DNA from: Bariatricus sp.
Lineage (GTDB): Bacteria; Bacillota; Clostridia; Lachnospirales; Lachnospiraceae
Length of the DNA stretch: 64,000 bases
Assembly (NCBI GenBank): GCA_051880095.1
Contig: JBJENH010000106.1
Location: forward strand, 85,760-149,759
Direction of reading: 5' to 3'
Below are positions 18,409-27,971 of the stretch, piece by piece. Numbering within the stretch: position 1 is the first letter of the stretch; each line of letters starts with the position of its first letter. The position numbers and the translations under genes are program-made. Below the pieces are notes generated by a model that worked only from the letters and a program-made list of their open reading frames with translations, had not been told where the DNA came from and searched no databases.

Positions 18409-19773
18409 ATGGAATATACACAGATGACATTAGACCAGTGGGTTATATTAAAAGACTCACTCAAACAGGACATCATCGATGCGAAAGAGAAATTCGATGG
18501 AATCAAGCGAGATTTTGTAAGGATCGGATATAAACTCAGGAAGATCGAGGAATTAAAGCTTTACGAAAAGGACGGATACAAAACCATTACGGAATTTGCC
18601 GAAGCAGAGTGCAAGCTGACAAAGACAGATGTATCCAGATTTATCAGCATCAACGAACGGTATTCGGTTGGCGGATATTCGGAAGAGCTTCGGGAAGAGT
18701 TTCTGGAATACGGCAGCAGTAAGCTCGCAGAGATGCTTACACTTCCGGATCATGATATGCAGATGATCCAACCAGAAGCCAGCAGGGAAGGAATCCGGGA
18801 AGTGAAGCGGTTCAATAAAACCGGACCCGAAGCCGGAGAAGCCGATACAATCCGGGAACTAATCGAGAAGTTTTTCCAGGACAACAAAGAAACACTCAAT
18901 ACCTTATTCGCGGATCCGGCGATGCAGGAGTACGAACAGAACATCAAACACCTGGTAGAGATCGTGAATCCTTCCGGAAACCGCACGATGAGAAAAGGGA
19001 GATTCTTCCTCATGATGTATGAGAGCAAGATTATGATCAAACAGTTCGGGGAAGAACCTCAGGATATGCAGTGGAGCGAATTCTTACGCATCACGCAGGA
19101 AATCTTCGGGGAAGCTGCAGGAGAAGATACCTGGGAAGCCTATTTCACGGAAGAAGCGGCACCGATAGGAAATACTTCGGCGGAGGAAGCCGAAGCAGAA
19201 ACACAGATAAAAGAAGAAAAGGTAGAAGAGGAGAAAGAAGATGAAGAACGAAAGAACCGAGTTCCCGGAACTGTTAATACAAGCAATGAGAGCACTGGAG
19301 GAGGACGAGAAGAAGAGGAAAGCGTGGAAGGAGACGATCGGACAGAAGAACAGAACAAAGAAAACGAGGGCAGCAGCCAGGCCGTATCCATCACTCCGAC
19401 AGAACCGGAAAATGAGAAAATTGCGCCGGCGCAAAAAGTAGCGCAAGCCCCAGTACGTACAAGGGAAGAAGGGGGTTCAAAAGAACCAAAAACGAAATCC
19501 GAAACCGCACCAACGAACCAGCCAGAGGAGCAGATTCCGGGACAAATGGAAGTCACAGACTATCCAGAGATCCTTCCAGAGCCGGAAACCGCATTTGGAA
19601 ACCGGAAACAATATCTGGATACCTTAACGGAATACGGGGCAGCAGTCTATTTTGCAGAATGCTGCAGAACCGGAAAGATGCCAGTCGACCGATTACTGCC
19701 AAGTGCATGGGAAAACTGGTTTAATCAGGAAGTAGATGACAAAGGCAGAGAAATTGAAAGCGTAGAAGATTAG
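18409..19773 (+). CDS. Phage hypothetical protein with conserved N-terminal domain and long acidic linker
   Basis: 454-aa ORF, SD GGAGG; IGYKLRKI..LY..DGY..FAE pattern. Confidence 0.75.
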   Translation: MEYTQMTLDQWVILKDSLKQDIIDAKEKFDGIKRDFVRIGYKLRKIEELKLYEKDGYKTITEFAEAECKLTKTDVSRFISINERYSVGGYSEELREEFLEYGSSKLAEMLTLPDHDMQMIQPEASREGIREVKRFNKTGPEAGEADTIRELIEKFFQDNKETLNTLFADPAMQEYEQNIKHLVEIVNPSGNRTMRKGRFFLMMYESKIMIKQFGEEPQDMQWSEFLRITQEIFGEAAGEDTWEAYFTEEAAPIGNTSAEEAEAETQIKEEKVEEEKEDEERKNRVPGTVNTSNESTGGGREEEESVEGDDRTEEQNKENEGSSQAVSITPTEPENEKIAPAQKVAQAPVRTREEGGSKEPKTKSETAPTNQPEEQIPGQMEVTDYPEILPEPETAFGNRKQYLDTLTEYGAAVYFAECCRTGKMPVDRLLPSAWENWFNQEVDDKGREIESVED

Positions 19774-19780
19774 GAGGAAC

Positions 19781-20332
19781 GTGGAAATGAAGAATAAGAA
19801 AATGATTTTAATTATTGTAGCGGGAGTTTTAGCAGTGCTTCTTATGGCATTTACAATAATCATGTCAATTAGAAACAAGGCGATCTCATTAGAAGAAGCA
19901 ATAGAGACGGCAGAATCGGACATTGAAGTGCAGGAAAAGAAGAGAGTAGATCTAGTTTACAATTTGGCAGATTGTGTGAAGGAATACGATGAGCATGAAG
20001 CAAAAATATTAGAGGAGATTGCTGAAAGCAGAAAGCAGGATGCAGAAATGGAGAATGTTTCCACGTCGATCAAGGCGGTTGCAGAAGCATACCCAGAGCT
20101 GAAAAGTAATGAACAGTATAAAAACTTGATGAACGAGTTGATAATACTGGAAAACGAAATAGCGCAGTATAGAACAGCATATAACAAGTTGGTAGAAAAA
20201 TACAAAAGATACGTAAGAAAGTATCCGCAGGAATTATTCCTGGAATGGATGGGGTACGAAATCCAGGAATACAAGCGCTTGGAGTATGACGCTCCGGAAG
20301 ATGCGCCACAAGATCTATTTGGAGAGGAATAA
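19781..20332 (+). CDS. LemA-family protein
   Basis: N-terminal TM then KRVDLVYNL, AVAEAYPELKSNE..LM.EL..EN.IA..R..YN. Confidence 0.85.
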   Translation: MEMKNKKMILIIVAGVLAVLLMAFTIIMSIRNKAISLEEAIETAESDIEVQEKKRVDLVYNLADCVKEYDEHEAKILEEIAESRKQDAEMENVSTSIKAVAEAYPELKSNEQYKNLMNELIILENEIAQYRTAYNKLVEKYKRYVRKYPQELFLEWMGYEIQEYKRLEYDAPEDAPQDLFGEE

Positions 20333-20335
20333 AAA

Positions 20336-21070
20336 ATGGAGATTACGAAAAGGGAAGTCGCAGCAAGCATAACAATTATAGCATTGTGGATAGCGATCGG
20401 AATTGCGATAAGTGGAAAAATTGATGAATGGCATCAGGATAAAACAGAAGAGTATGACAGAGCGGCAAGGATTACGGAGCAGGAGCTATTCGAACACGGA
20501 ATGGCAACGAATCTTGGAAATGCCTTTGTATATGGAGAACTAAAAGCCAAAGATCCCGTATCGTATCCTGAGATAAAAGGTGAATATAGCTACATAAAGA
20601 AGGTGAAAGAGCAATACACGAAGCACACACGAACGGTAACGAGAACAAAAGTAAATGAAAAAGGGGAGACGGAAACATATGAGGAAGAAGAGGAGTACTG
20701 GACGTGGGATGAGGTTGACGAAGAAAACAAAAAGGCGAAAGAGTTTACCTTTTTGGGAAACGTGTTCAGCGAGGAGAAGTTTACATTACCATCAGCGACA
20801 TATATCGAGACAATAAAGGAGTCGGATGATATCAGATACAAATATTATACGATACCGGGAATAATGGAGGGAACGATATATACAGAACTGAAGGATGGAA
20901 CGATAAAGGATAGTTCGATATTTTACAAAGGGGAAACCATAGAAGAGGTAACGAAAAGGCTAGAGATAAATGGTGGAGCAATCTTATTTTGGTTAGCTTG
21001 GATTATCGCAATGGTATGGGCTGTATATAAATTCTTTGAACTAGAAAATGAATGGCTAAATAAAGGGTGA
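20336..21070 (+). CDS. Membrane protein with two terminal TM segments, partner of LemA
   Basis: Hydrophobic N- and C-terminal helices around a soluble domain; directly downstream of lemA. Confidence 0.7.
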   Translation: MEITKREVAASITIIALWIAIGIAISGKIDEWHQDKTEEYDRAARITEQELFEHGMATNLGNAFVYGELKAKDPVSYPEIKGEYSYIKKVKEQYTKHTRTVTRTKVNEKGETETYEEEEEYWTWDEVDEENKKAKEFTFLGNVFSEEKFTLPSATYIETIKESDDIRYKYYTIPGIMEGTIYTELKDGTIKDSSIFYKGETIEEVTKRLEINGGAILFWLAWIIAMVWAVYKFFELENEWLNKG

Positions 21071-21086
21071 TGCGGAGGAATGATGG

Positions 21087-21194
21087 ATGAAGGAAATAAT
21101 AGACAACTTTATGCTGGTTGAATATTTGACAATAGCTGTCGTAGCTGTGTTCACATTTTATGATTTCTGGAAACGAGGTAATGACAATGATTGA
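21087..21194 (+). CDS. 35-aa single-TM peptide (not in track)
   Basis: MKEIIDNFMLVEYLTIAVVAVFTFYDFWKRGNDND; SD GGAGG 8 nt upstream; overlaps next start. Confidence 0.5.
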   Translation: MKEIIDNFMLVEYLTIAVVAVFTFYDFWKRGNDND

Positions 21195-21588
21195 TGAGAA
21201 GAAGCTGATTGAAGAATTTAACATAAAAAGCATAAAGTATGATGATATGTGCGGAGATGCAATCGAGGAAAATGATTGCGGAATGCAAATGATATACGCA
21301 GGGAAAGGCTTAGCTTATGTGGAAGCAATAAAAATCGTTGAAAAACAGCCGAAAGTCGGTGAGTGGATTCCGGTATCGGAGCGGTTGCCAGAAGACAGGA
21401 AAGAAAAAATTGTTTATTTATCGTCAAATCGAATAACGATTGCATGTTACAACGAACACGTTTTACCACATACCGGTTTCCAAATTGGGTGGGGATACAT
21501 ACTTAAAAATGGATATATTGATTTTGAAAAAGAAAATGTTATCGCCTGGATGCCACTGCCGGAACTATACCGGCCAGAAAAGGAGTAA
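21187..21588 (+). CDS. DUF551-type phage protein
   Basis: EWIPVSERLPE and VIAWMPLPELY motifs. Confidence 0.75.
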   Translation: MIDEKKLIEEFNIKSIKYDDMCGDAIEENDCGMQMIYAGKGLAYVEAIKIVEKQPKVGEWIPVSERLPEDRKEKIVYLSSNRITIACYNEHVLPHTGFQIGWGYILKNGYIDFEKENVIAWMPLPELYRPEKE

Positions 21589-21595
21589 AAGCGAT

Positions 21596-21712
21596 ATGCT
21601 AAGATTTACGAAATCAGAATGGGCGAGATGGCATTTTAAAAGGACGCCATACAAGCGCGCCGATGTGAGGAGAATACTGAAAAAAAGCAAATATAAGGGA
21701 AGGGGAAAATGA
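21596..21712 (+). CDS. 38-aa basic hypothetical protein
   Basis: SD AAGGAG; fills the gap and overlaps the next ATGA. Confidence 0.45.
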   Translation: MLRFTKSEWARWHFKRTPYKRADVRRILKKSKYKGRGK

Positions 21713-21948
21713 AGAGATTAACGAAGAGAAATAAAAACGGATGCGCATATTTCCCTCAATGCTTCGAAGAACCGTGTTGCGGATTCGGATGTCGGATAGA
21801 ACCGTGTGAATTCTTGCATCTGGTATGCGAGAAACTGGCAACCTATGAGGACGTGGAAGAAAGGGGAGAACAAAATGGCAAAGAGGGCAGCAGTCAGCGG
21901 ACTGTTATTCCCAAAACCAGGGAAGACCAAAAAGCGGAAGAGACATAA
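21709..21948 (+). CDS. Cys-rich phage hypothetical protein
   Basis: MKRLT...C...C..C...KLATYED pattern. Confidence 0.6.
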   Translation: MKRLTKRNKNGCAYFPQCFEEPCCGFGCRIEPCEFLHLVCEKLATYEDVEERGEQNGKEGSSQRTVIPKTREDQKAEET

Positions 21949-22249
21949 GAAAAGTATCATGCAGCCCAAGGAAGACCGGAGATGCTACCTGTGCATGCTG
22001 CTGGATGATGATTTCACGGAGAAGCAATGCCTGCATGAACACCATGTTATGTTCGGGAACGACCATGCATTTGCAGAAGCCGAAGGGCTGAAAGTAAATC
22101 TCTGCAGAAAGCACCACCAGGACGGGCCGACAGCAGTACACAACAACCAGGAGAATGCCGAGATCCTGATGGCAAAAGCCCAGGAAGCATATGAACGAAC
22201 TCATTCCAGAGAAGAATGGATGAGAAACGGGAGAAAGAATTACTTATAG
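21875..22249 (+). CDS. Zn-binding HNH-like phage protein
   Basis: CYLC, HEHHVMFG, LCRKHH..G..AVH. Confidence 0.65.
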   Translation: MAKRAAVSGLLFPKPGKTKKRKRHKKSIMQPKEDRRCYLCMLLDDDFTEKQCLHEHHVMFGNDHAFAEAEGLKVNLCRKHHQDGPTAVHNNQENAEILMAKAQEAYERTHSREEWMRNGRKNYL

Positions 22250-22327
22250 CACAACCCAAATGGGATAGTATATCACAAAATACAGCAGGCGGTTCCGAAA
22301 GTGCCGGAGCCGCCGGAAAGGAGCAGT

Positions 22328-23386
22328 ATGAAACGCCGAGAATTAAACGAAATAAAAAAACAGTTCACGCCTGCCGGCTGCACGATCGACCGGATCGCAG
22401 GATGCATCGCAAACGATGAGGGAGAAGCCGTATACGAAATCAAGGAGAATTTCCTTTCTCTTCCGGAAGAAATGATGTTCAAATTCTTTGAGATATTCAG
22501 AAAAGGGTTATCGGGAAGAAAAGGAAAGAACATCTACAGCCTGGAATTCAAAGAGGATTCCGGAGCAAAAGCATCCTTGCAGCACATCAGGCAGACAGGT
22601 CTGAAGGACGAGGAAACCAACGAAATTCTGTTTGAGAATATCATCGACTATTGTTCGATCAAGGGATACTCCGCAATATTTGTAATCCATGGAATATATG
22701 ATATCGCGGGAAAGGGAACCGATAACGAGGACATGGAAGATGCCTCAGAAGAAGTCTATGAATACATAATGACTGTAATTTGTCCGGTCACATTATCAAA
22801 ACCGGGATTAAGCTGGAACCGGGAAGAGGGTACCATGGGAGAAGCAAATCGGCAGTGGATGATCCAAATGCCAAGCACCGCATTTTTATATCCAGCTTTC
22901 ACGAACAGAAGTCAGGACTTAGACCATGTATGGTTTTATACAAAGAATGCCAACGATCCGGAGAAGGGATTGATCGATCAGGTATTAGGATGCAAAATGT
23001 TTGACACGCCATCCGAACAAAAAGAAGAGTTTAACCGAACCGTAAAAGGAGGAGAACGCTGTACGTACAGCATGGAGCAGGTAAAAGACCTCTATCGGGA
23101 GCTGCAGACTCTGGCGGAAAATCAGAAAGACTCCGAAGAACCCATCACGGCAGACCAGATTGCGAAGATCGTTAGAAAATACGGAATTGAAAGTGAAGGG
23201 ACCGAAACGGAAATCTCGTTGCAGAATGTGATCAATCTAAGCACCATGGAAATCGGAACACCGGATGCCCATATAACCGTATCGACAGGATGGGAGGATA
23301 TGGTTGATATCAAGGAGGCAGAAGGAGAACGCTACATTACCGTGCGAGCAGGCGGAACTATAACAGTGAACGGAATCGAGGTATAA
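22328..23386 (+). CDS. DUF4317-family protein
   Basis: EIKKQF...TI.RIAGC, FLSLPEE..FKFFEIF.K.LSG, FLYPAF..R..D; SD GAAAGGAG. Confidence 0.75.
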   Translation: MKRRELNEIKKQFTPAGCTIDRIAGCIANDEGEAVYEIKENFLSLPEEMMFKFFEIFRKGLSGRKGKNIYSLEFKEDSGAKASLQHIRQTGLKDEETNEILFENIIDYCSIKGYSAIFVIHGIYDIAGKGTDNEDMEDASEEVYEYIMTVICPVTLSKPGLSWNREEGTMGEANRQWMIQMPSTAFLYPAFTNRSQDLDHVWFYTKNANDPEKGLIDQVLGCKMFDTPSEQKEEFNRTVKGGERCTYSMEQVKDLYRELQTLAENQKDSEEPITADQIAKIVRKYGIESEGTETEISLQNVINLSTMEIGTPDAHITVSTGWEDMVDIKEAEGERYITVRAGGTITVNGIEV

Positions 23387-23388
23387 CG

Positions 23389-23595
23389 ATGGAACTGATC
23401 GAAGGAAAAGAATATACATTCAGAAGATTACGGAGCAGAAATGATGGGAACAATGCGCCGCAGATCGTAAAGAAACGGATGAGACTGATTAGAAAATATC
23501 CGCATCATGCACAGTTTGAGGATGAGTTTGGAATTCGGATCAGTTACCGGTATTTTGATATTCAGAAAATGTTAGACGGGGAGCTGATCTTATGA
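23389..23595 (+). CDS. Phage hypothetical protein
   Basis: 68-aa ORF with SD GAGGT. Confidence 0.6.
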   Translation: MELIEGKEYTFRRLRSRNDGNNAPQIVKKRMRLIRKYPHHAQFEDEFGIRISYRYFDIQKMLDGELIL

Positions 23596-23768
23596 AGAAC
23601 CAGGAAGGATATCAGGATCCGACTGCAGGGAAGGCCATACACAATGCAGAGAAAATGCCGAAGCACATTGAAGAGGTATATGATGCGCTGAATAACGTAG
23701 CGAGCCTGCACGGACTGAAGATCGTGGAAATCAGAGATAAAAAGACAAAGAAACGATGGAGAAAATAG
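23592..23768 (+). CDS. 58-aa phage hypothetical protein MKNQEGYQDPTAGKAI (not in track)
   Basis: ATGA overlap with the upstream gene; N.EGY.DPTA..AI pattern. Confidence 0.6.
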   Translation: MKNQEGYQDPTAGKAIHNAEKMPKHIEEVYDALNNVASLHGLKIVEIRDKKTKKRWRK

Positions 23769-24158
23769 ATGGAAAAATATGAGACATGTAAACATGCGGA
23801 AAGCGTGGGACAGATAGCTGTTTATGTAACGCCAGGATGCAAAAAGGCATCGATGGTGAGAGGAAATTTAGTCAGCAGCAAAAAAAGATGTATGGAATGT
23901 GAATACTACGAAGAAAGGAAGGAAAAGCGTGACAAAGATAAGGGACCCGAAGAAATACAACATCAGCAAGAACCGGTTCCGGGAAGTGTATTACCATTGC
24001 CTACAGTACAACGAATGGAAAGCGGAGCTGGAGGGAAAGGCGGACACGGTAAAGGCAAGAACGATAACCGGGTTGCCGGGGGCAGCAGTCACAGGAAGCG
24101 CAACCGAGGCCCTGGCAATGCGAAGAGAAGAACTCCGAAAGAAGATGGAGGTCATTGA
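23769..24158 (+). CDS. Small Cys-containing hypothetical protein; C-terminus overlaps next gene
   Basis: C..A...C...C..C in the first 50 aa; the tail looks like shadow sequence. Confidence 0.45.
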   Translation: MEKYETCKHAESVGQIAVYVTPGCKKASMVRGNLVSSKKRCMECEYYEERKEKRDKDKGPEEIQHQQEPVPGSVLPLPTVQRMESGAGGKGGHGKGKNDNRVAGGSSHRKRNRGPGNAKRRTPKEDGGH

Positions 24159-24330
24159 ACAGACTGCGATCGAAGCGGATCCAGACCTGTATCAATACAT
24201 ATTGACGGCAGTGACGAATGAATGGGCGACATACTGGTATCTAAAGCAGAGCATGAATATGCCGTGCGGACAGACAAAGTATTATGAAACAAGAAAGAAG
24301 TTTTATTATTTAATAGCAAAAAAAATATAA
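23929..24330 (+). CDS. Late-gene transcriptional activator (ArpU/RinA-like)
   Basis: Last gene of the early operon; Y.ISK.R..E..Y.CLQY.EW and C-terminal HTH (MPCGQTKYYETRKKFY). Confidence 0.65.
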   Translation: MTKIRDPKKYNISKNRFREVYYHCLQYNEWKAELEGKADTVKARTITGLPGAAVTGSATEALAMRREELRKKMEVIEQTAIEADPDLYQYILTAVTNEWATYWYLKQSMNMPCGQTKYYETRKKFYYLIAKKI

Positions 24331-24383
24331 ATTTCTAAAAGTGCGTTAATCAGGGGACGTTTTTATGTGCTATTATGCTATCA

Positions 24384-24497
24384 TCGAGAAACGGAAGAGA
24401 TGAGATGAGCTCTTCTCGGATCGATGCATTAACACCTCCTTTCGGAAATTGGATTATTTAGCAGAGACACCCTATCTATTGTAGATGGGGTGTTTTT
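24384..24497 (+). ncRNA. Putative short RNA with anti-SD segment and terminator
   Basis: TGcTATTAT box at 24368-24376; GAAGAG/CTCTTC hairpin; ACACCTCCTTTC at 24432-24443; 12-bp terminator at 24467-24493 plus T-run. Confidence 0.4.
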
Positions 24498-24738
24498 GTA
24501 TGATTATAAAATAAAAGCGTTGAATGCATCAATAAGTGTCAAAAAGAATACGAAAATGGTAGAAAGTAGTTGAATTTGAACAAAAAAGAGGTTATTATAC
24601 AAGTACAAATAATGAAAACAATACACAATATGACAGAAAACAATACTATCTATTTGGTACCATATGGTTGATGATAGGAGGTATATGTCAGCAATAGTTA
24701 TTTACCTCAAATAGCACTTGCTGAAAGGATGGGATACT

Positions 24739-24921
24739 ATGAAAAGAATAAGTAATGCTTTTTTACGTGGGTACGAGAGAGCGTTGGATTTATCCGGTTC
24801 AAAAAAGTGGCCAGACATTACAAATGACAGAACAAAAGATTATGAAGCGTTAAGGAGCGATTGGGAGAATGTCGGAAGAGAAATCCGGAAAGGAACAAGA
24901 AAAATCGAAAGAGTTCATTGA
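24739..24921 (+). CDS. 60-aa hypothetical protein paired with the DUF2335 gene
   Basis: FLRGY...LDL...DYEALRSDWENVG; SD GAAAGGA. Confidence 0.65.
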   Translation: MKRISNAFLRGYERALDLSGSKKWPDITNDRTKDYEALRSDWENVGREIRKGTRKIERVH

Positions 24922-25369
24922 TGAAGAATTAGTGCAAGAAATCATGCAAGTAAACCAAAGTGAAGTAAAGAAGGTGGTAGCGGAAGTGATTCAGGGCGAA
25001 TTTAGCGGACCGATTCCACCACCAAGCATCATCGAAGGATATGAAAGGGTAGTACCTGGATCTGCTGACAGAATCATTAAGATGGCGGAGCGACAATCTC
25101 TGCATAGACAGCAAATGGAAGAAAAAATGATAGATGCTGAATCTAGGGACAGCTTGCTTGGAGTTATATTTGCTTTTGTTTTAGGAATTTCATGCATAAT
25201 CGCAGCAGTGATTATGGTATATCTAGTTCCGCAGAATGCAGGAGCAATTGCGGGTGCGCTTCTTGGTGTGACTGGAATAGGTTCAATTACAAGTAGTTTT
25301 ATCACTAGTACAAGGAGAAGTGGTGGTAAAAAAAATAAGGAACAAAAAGAAGATTCCAAAAATGAATAG
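24869..25369 (+). CDS. DUF2335-family membrane protein
   Basis: FSGPIPPP..IEGYE.VVPGSADRII.MAE....HR followed by two TM helices. Confidence 0.8.
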   Translation: MSEEKSGKEQEKSKEFIDEELVQEIMQVNQSEVKKVVAEVIQGEFSGPIPPPSIIEGYERVVPGSADRIIKMAERQSLHRQQMEEKMIDAESRDSLLGVIFAFVLGISCIIAAVIMVYLVPQNAGAIAGALLGVTGIGSITSSFITSTRRSGGKKNKEQKEDSKNE

Positions 25370-25480
25370 AAATAATGGTACGTTTTGTGAATATTCAAAA
25401 TAGCGAAATGACGAAAAAGCACTTGGCAAGGGGCTGATCAATGCCAGGTGCTTTTTCTAATGCAATAAAATAGACCAGAA

Positions 25481-25831
25481 TTGAAGGTGGTGAAGTGGGT
25501 GTTTACAGAAGAACAGATAAGCATAGGCGAGTGGGTACGCAAGATTACCGCAGACTCATACCGTGGATGGAAAGCCTTTTACCACACAACAAAGTGGAAA
25601 CATAAACGCAAGGCCATATTAAAGCGTGATCACAACGCTTGCCAGATGTGCCGGCAAAAGGGAAAGTACAGACGTGCTACTACTGTACATCACATCAAAC
25701 ACCTGAGAGATACACCTGAGCTGGCACTGACGGATAGCAACCTAATCAGCTTGTGTGATGAGTGCCATGAGGCAATGCATCCAGAGAAACATAAGAGAAA
25801 ACCTGGCTATAGGAATGCGGAACGCTGGTGA
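25481..25831 (+). CDS. HNH endonuclease (packaging-associated)
   Basis: CQMC, VHHIKH, NLISLCDECHEAMH; directly upstream of terS. Confidence 0.9.
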   Translation: MKVVKWVFTEEQISIGEWVRKITADSYRGWKAFYHTTKWKHKRKAILKRDHNACQMCRQKGKYRRATTVHHIKHLRDTPELALTDSNLISLCDECHEAMHPEKHKRKPGYRNAERW

Positions 25832-25935
25832 CTCCCCCGGTCAAAAGAAATGAAAAACTCCTGGCCTACAGGAGACCGGCGCCCACCCCATCCTAGCGAG
25901 TTTTCGGTTGTTACGCGTGAAAAGTATGAAAAGCA
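25832..25935. other. Probable cos/packaging-site region
   Basis: GC-rich intergenic gap (CTCCCCCGGTC...) between HNH and terS; based on position only. Confidence 0.35.
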
Positions 25936-25953
25936 GTGGAAGAAGGTGGTGGA

Positions 25954-26289
25954 TTGGCAAAGAAGAAGCGCGAAACCCTGCGAAAAGAGGTTGAAAAATC
26001 GTTGAAAGAACAGCTGACAGCAAAGGGCGCGGACATTGATCTGTTCAATGACCAGATCCAGGATTACATGACAATGTGGGATTTGAAGGAAATGTTAAAA
26101 GACGATATCCAGGAAAACGGTCTGCGGTTGAATTATACTACAGCAAATGGTGGATTCGCTGAAAAAGACAATCCGTCAGTGAAGCAAATACCGCTGATCA
26201 ATAAGCAGATGCTGATGCTATTAAAGCAGCTGGACATTTCAACGGATAAGGTTGTAAAGGACGGTGTTGATTTAGATGACGATCTATGA
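25954..26289 (+). CDS. terS: Terminase small subunit (P27-like)
   Basis: DQIQDYMTMW, I.E.G, K.NPSVKQI..INKQML.LL.QL; position. Confidence 0.8.
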   Translation: MAKKKRETLRKEVEKSLKEQLTAKGADIDLFNDQIQDYMTMWDLKEMLKDDIQENGLRLNYTTANGGFAEKDNPSVKQIPLINKQMLMLLKQLDISTDKVVKDGVDLDDDL

Positions 26290-27961
26290 GCCCAATATCG
26301 ATGAGTGGATATATCTGATAAAGGGCAATCATATTGAGCACTGCAAAGAGCAGGAGCTTGCGATTGACAATAATATCATCCCGGTTTTAGAACGTAAGGA
26401 TGTATTTGTGGATGCGGATCGGATTGCGAAAGGCCTAAGCTTGCAAAAATATTTTCCGTATCAGCTACTTCCTTGGGAGAAGTATCAGTTTGCGATCATT
26501 GCAGGAGTGTTTCTCCGGCAGCCGGGAATCGAAGACGATATTTACTTCCACGAGATTCGGGATATCCTTGGGAGAGGTTCCGGGAAGAATGGTTTTATTG
26601 ATTTCTTGGCATTGTATTTCATTTCTCCGTTACACGGGGTGCCGGGATACAACGTGGATCTGATCGCGAACGGAGAAGATCAGGCAATGACATCGATCAA
26701 AGATGTTGGTGATCTGATCCGATACCCGGTAGATTCGCGCTTCGAAAGGGCGCTGAATGCAAACTTCAAAGCTTATGGGGAGAAGATAGTTGGGAAGAAG
26801 ATGAATGCCGAATTCCGGCTAAATACTTCCAGCACGAAGAATAAGGATTCGAAGCGTACCGGGTGCGTGATCTACGATGAGAAACATCAGTACCGTGACA
26901 CCAGGAACATGAATACACTGCAGTCTGGTCTCGGAAAAATGAAGTGGTCCAGGGAGATCACAATCACAACAGACGGACATGAGCGTGGAGGAGTTCTGGA
27001 TGATGAGAAAGAACAGAATACAGTTATCTTGAGGGAATATAATCCGGATAATCGTGTTTTCGTAAACTGGTTCCGAATTGAGGAAGAAGAGGAATGGAAA
27101 GATATTAACAAAATTGTAAAGGCGAATCCATCACTGGTGGATCCGTCTTTTTCTACGCTCCGGCAAAGGATTCAGCAGGAAATTGTGAAGATGCCATTCA
27201 CTCCGGACTATTATCCGGAATTTCTGGCGAAAAGATGTAACTATCCGGTATCTGATCCGCAGATGGCCGTAGCGGAATGGGATGACATTGTAGAATGTAC
27301 GAAATATCCGTATTTTGAAATCACGCCCGGCATGAATTGCGTGGGAGGAGTGGACTATACAAAGACCAACGATTTCTGCGGATGCATCCTGACATTCCGG
27401 AAAGGAAAGAAATACGTGAATCTACATCATTCCTTTATTTGTAAAAAATCAAAGGATCTTCCAAACATACATGCTCCAATCCAGAAATGGGTGGAGCAGG
27501 GAATCTGCACAATCGTCGATGATGTGGAAATACCTCCGGAAATCCCAGTACAATGGTTTGCTGATCAAGCCCTGAAATATAACATCATGATGATTGGAAT
27601 GGATTATTACCGGTACACCTGGTTGAATAAAGAATTCAAAAAAATTGGATTTGATGCATTCGATAAGGACAATAAGAAAATTTATCTGGTACGTCCTTCT
27701 GATATCGCACAGGCAAGTCCAATTATCAACAGTGCATTCCTTCAGCATGCAATATCAGGATGGGACAGGATGATGTGCTGGTATACCAATAACAGCAAGA
27801 AGATTCTTGACAACAAAGGAAATATATCATTTGGGAAGATTGAACCAAAGCTAAGAAAGACGGACGGATTTATGGCGTGGGTGGCATCTATGTGCTGCAT
27901 CGATGTTCTTCCGGAAGAAAGTGAATTCCCAGATATTAATTTAAGCGTAGCAACATATTGA
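26276..27961 (+). CDS. terL: Terminase large subunit
   Basis: GRGSGKN Walker A, VIYDEKH Walker B, GGVDYTKTND nuclease motif, KTDGFMA. Confidence 0.92.
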   Translation: MTIYEPNIDEWIYLIKGNHIEHCKEQELAIDNNIIPVLERKDVFVDADRIAKGLSLQKYFPYQLLPWEKYQFAIIAGVFLRQPGIEDDIYFHEIRDILGRGSGKNGFIDFLALYFISPLHGVPGYNVDLIANGEDQAMTSIKDVGDLIRYPVDSRFERALNANFKAYGEKIVGKKMNAEFRLNTSSTKNKDSKRTGCVIYDEKHQYRDTRNMNTLQSGLGKMKWSREITITTDGHERGGVLDDEKEQNTVILREYNPDNRVFVNWFRIEEEEEWKDINKIVKANPSLVDPSFSTLRQRIQQEIVKMPFTPDYYPEFLAKRCNYPVSDPQMAVAEWDDIVECTKYPYFEITPGMNCVGGVDYTKTNDFCGCILTFRKGKKYVNLHHSFICKKSKDLPNIHAPIQKWVEQGICTIVDDVEIPPEIPVQWFADQALKYNIMMIGMDYYRYTWLNKEFKKIGFDAFDKDNKKIYLVRPSDIAQASPIINSAFLQHAISGWDRMMCWYTNNSKKILDNKGNISFGKIEPKLRKTDGFMAWVASMCCIDVLPEESEFPDINLSVATY

Positions 27962-27971
27962 GGTGTAAGAA

